A stretch of DNA of 36,228 nt from a virus, in UHGV virus genome UHGV-0248752; one strand, given 5' to 3'. Below, one piece after another: positions 34,375-36,228 of this stretch. Under the pieces are notes generated by a model, which ran no database searches, was not told where the DNA came from, and saw nothing but the letters and a program-made list of their open reading frames with translations. The translations under genes were made by a program, and so were the position numbers. Each line of letters opens with the position of its first letter. The stretch's first letter is position 1.

Positions 34375-34947
34375 ATGCTGATTGGGTATATCAGGGTGTC
34401 AACAAATGACCAGAATACGGCGCTACAAAGAAATGCGCTGGAATGTGCAGGATGTGAGCTGTTTTTCGAAGACAGAATAAGCGGTAAGACAAGGGAGCGT
34501 CCCGGACTTAAACGCGCATTAAAGCGACTCCGGCCAGGGGATACCCTGCTGGTCTGGAAACTGGATCGCCTTGGACGCAGTATGCAGCACCTTGTCCTTT
34601 TAACAGAAGAACTCCGGCAACGCGGCGTTAACTTCCGCAGCATTACGGACAATATTGATACATCCACTCCCATGGGACGTTTCTTTTTCCATATAATGGG
34701 CGCGCTGGCGGAAATGGAGCGGGAACTCATTATTGAACGTACACGCGCGGGTCTTGCTGCTGCCCGTGCTCAGGGGCGTCATGGCGGCAGACCTCAGAAA
34801 CTGACAGAGAAAGAGCGGGAGCAAATCGCCCGTTTGCTGGCTAATGGCGAGTCCCGTAAACAAATCGCACTGATATTTGATATTGGCCTTTCCACCCTTT
34901 ATCGTTATTTTCCTGCCTCACCAGCTCCGTCACCAAAAGTACCGTGA
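34375..34947 (+). CDS. gin: Gin/Pin/Cin-family serine DNA invertase
   Basis: 190 aa. Near-identical in long stretches to my recollection of Mu Gin: MLIGYIRVSTNDQNT, RPGLKRALKRL, WKLDRLGRSM, PMGRFFFHIMGALAEMERELIIERT. Catalytic Ser within VSTNDQ. Lies just outside the right crossover site. Confidence 0.95.
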   Translation: MLIGYIRVSTNDQNTALQRNALECAGCELFFEDRISGKTRERPGLKRALKRLRPGDTLLVWKLDRLGRSMQHLVLLTEELRQRGVNFRSITDNIDTSTPMGRFFFHIMGALAEMERELIIERTRAGLAAARAQGRHGGRPQKLTEKEREQIARLLANGESRKQIALIFDIGLSTLYRYFPASPAPSPKVP

Positions 34948-35032
34948 CGCTTTTTTGAATTTCCGCAAAACACATATTTTTCAGCGGTCGCTATTCTGAC
35001 TCTGTTTAATTCAGAAACAGGCAGAAAAGACG

Positions 35033-36228
35033 ATGTCAGACTCCAAGTGGAAAATGCTCTCCGCCATGCCCGGAGAGTTTTCAGTCAAGGTTGCCGGTGG
35101 CACGGTGGCATTTATTGAAAGCCCTTTCCGCCCTTCGGGTAATAAAGGGGGGATCACCTTCGCAGACTGCGTGATCCGCTTCAGCACGAAAGAGCCATTA
35201 TGGGTAATGCCGGTATCCGGTAATCCCAGTGCAGAAATCACCAGTTCAGGCGTGACTGGCATCATTCCAATCACATCTGACGTGGCCGGAACGCTCACGC
35301 CCTCCGACTGGAATGCACCGGATAACGCCGGGCCTTCCGGTAGCACGAATGGCAGCAGTTCAGAGCCGGAATATTACTTTGTTGTCATTCTCGCGGGTCA
35401 GTCAAATGGCATGGCCTACGGCGAGGGGCTGCCGTTACCGGATTCGTTTGACCGCCCGGACCCACGCATTAAGCAACTGGCACGCCGCAGTACGGTAACG
35501 CCCAACGGTACGTCGTGTACATACAACGACATCATTCCGGCAGACCACTGCCTGCATGATGTTCAGGATATGAGCGGGATAAACCACCCGAAAGCTGATC
35601 TGGCAAAAGGCCAGTACGGGACTGTCGGTCAGGGGTTGCATATTGCCAAAAAACTGCTTCCCTATATCCCACAGAATGCCGGGATACTTCTGGTGCCCTG
35701 TTGTCGTGGCGGGTCAGCATTCACCACTGGAGCCGACGGCTCATTCAGTGAGGCCAGCGGTGCTTCCGCTGATTCTTCACGCTGGGGGGCCGGTAAACCT
35801 CTGTATCAGGACCTGGTAAGCCGCACCAAAGTCGCGCTGGCGAAAAACCCGAAAAACAAACTTCTGGCTGTGGTCTGGATGCAGGGAGAGGCAGACCTTG
35901 CCTCAGGAAGCCAGCAGCATAATAGTTTATTCACGGCCATGGTTCAGCAGTTCAGAACTGACCTGGCTCCGCTTGCTGCGCAGTGCGTGAGTGGAAATGC
36001 CACCACGGTGCCGTGGATTTGCGGTGATACCACGTATTACTGGAAAAACGCTGGCACCGATAAATATGAGGCAGTATACGGTGGCTACAAAGGCAAGGAA
36101 GCACAGAAAATTTTCTTTGTACCGTTCCTGACGGATGAGAATGGACAGAGCACGCCAACGAATGCTCCGGCGGAAGACCCGGATATTGTGGCTGTCGGGT
36201 ATTACGGTGCAGCATCCCGAACCCAGGG
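35033..36228 (+). CDS. SASA/SGNH-type esterase-like protein (sialate O-acetylesterase-like cargo gene), 3' end truncated by the window
   Basis: Open frame from the ATG at 35033 to the window end with no stop; absent from the ORF track for that reason. After a roughly 110-aa N-terminal domain comes YYFVVILAGQSNGMAYGEG, the GQSN block typical of DUF303/SASA esterases such as prophage NanS-like enzymes. Confidence 0.65.
   Translation, partial: MSDSKWKMLSAMPGEFSVKVAGGTVAFIESPFRPSGNKGGITFADCVIRFSTKEPLWVMPVSGNPSAEITSSGVTGIIPITSDVAGTLTPSDWNAPDNAGPSGSTNGSSSEPEYYFVVILAGQSNGMAYGEGLPLPDSFDRPDPRIKQLARRSTVTPNGTSCTYNDIIPADHCLHDVQDMSGINHPKADLAKGQYGTVGQGLHIAKKLLPYIPQNAGILLVPCCRGGSAFTTGADGSFSEASGASADSSRWGAGKPLYQDLVSRTKVALAKNPKNKLLAVVWMQGEADLASGSQQHNSLFTAMVQQFRTDLAPLAAQCVSGNATTVPWICGDTTYYWKNAGTDKYEAVYGGYKGKEAQKIFFVPFLTDENGQSTPTNAPAEDPDIVAVGYYGAASRTQ

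Larger units (their letters stand above)
101..36228 (+). mobile_element. Mu-like transposable prophage: left end plus early, lysis, head and tail modules; right end beyond the window
   Basis: Gene order repressor/ner/A/B/.../gam/gemA/mor/lys/terminase/portal/F/G/I/T/sheath/tube/tape measure/N/P/baseplate/fibre/invertase matches phage Mu. GC content changes near position 100-120, and direct repeats at 106-295 resemble transposase binding sites. Exact left boundary is uncertain. Confidence 0.85.

Noticed and set aside
1-36228. CRISPR arrays, rRNA genes, integrase/attachment-site features
   Set aside because: No regularly spaced short direct repeats with spacers, no rRNA-like sequence, and no tyrosine integrase were seen. 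The element is a transposable phage with DDE transposase and terminal repeats.

Overview
The window is almost entirely a Mu-like transposable prophage, read left to right from its left end (about position 101) through the tail-fibre region; the right end lies beyond the window. All calls rest on reading the supplied ORF translations and the raw sequence against remembered Mu protein families; no database search or alignment was run. The order is: divergent repressor and Ner-like regulator, MuA-like DDE transposase, MuB-like ATPase, a roughly 5.7 kb block of small early genes including a clear Gam homologue and a GemA-like gene, a terminator, one Mor/C-family activator, a lysis cassette, then packaging, head and contractile-tail genes, a tail fibre, a Gin-type invertase and a partial esterase-like cargo gene. 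The most interesting region is 32.9-34.4 kb: a G-segment-like invertible tail-fibre switch with gix-like crossover sites, in which the alternative fibre tip is frameshifted and only that orientation carries a chaperone gene. Other points worth a second look are the SASA-type esterase where Mu carries com/mom, a low-GC three-gene island with an antisense ORF inside the early operon, a duplicated small-terminase C-terminus, and an apparently single Mor/C activator. No CRISPR array, rRNA or convincing tRNA was seen.
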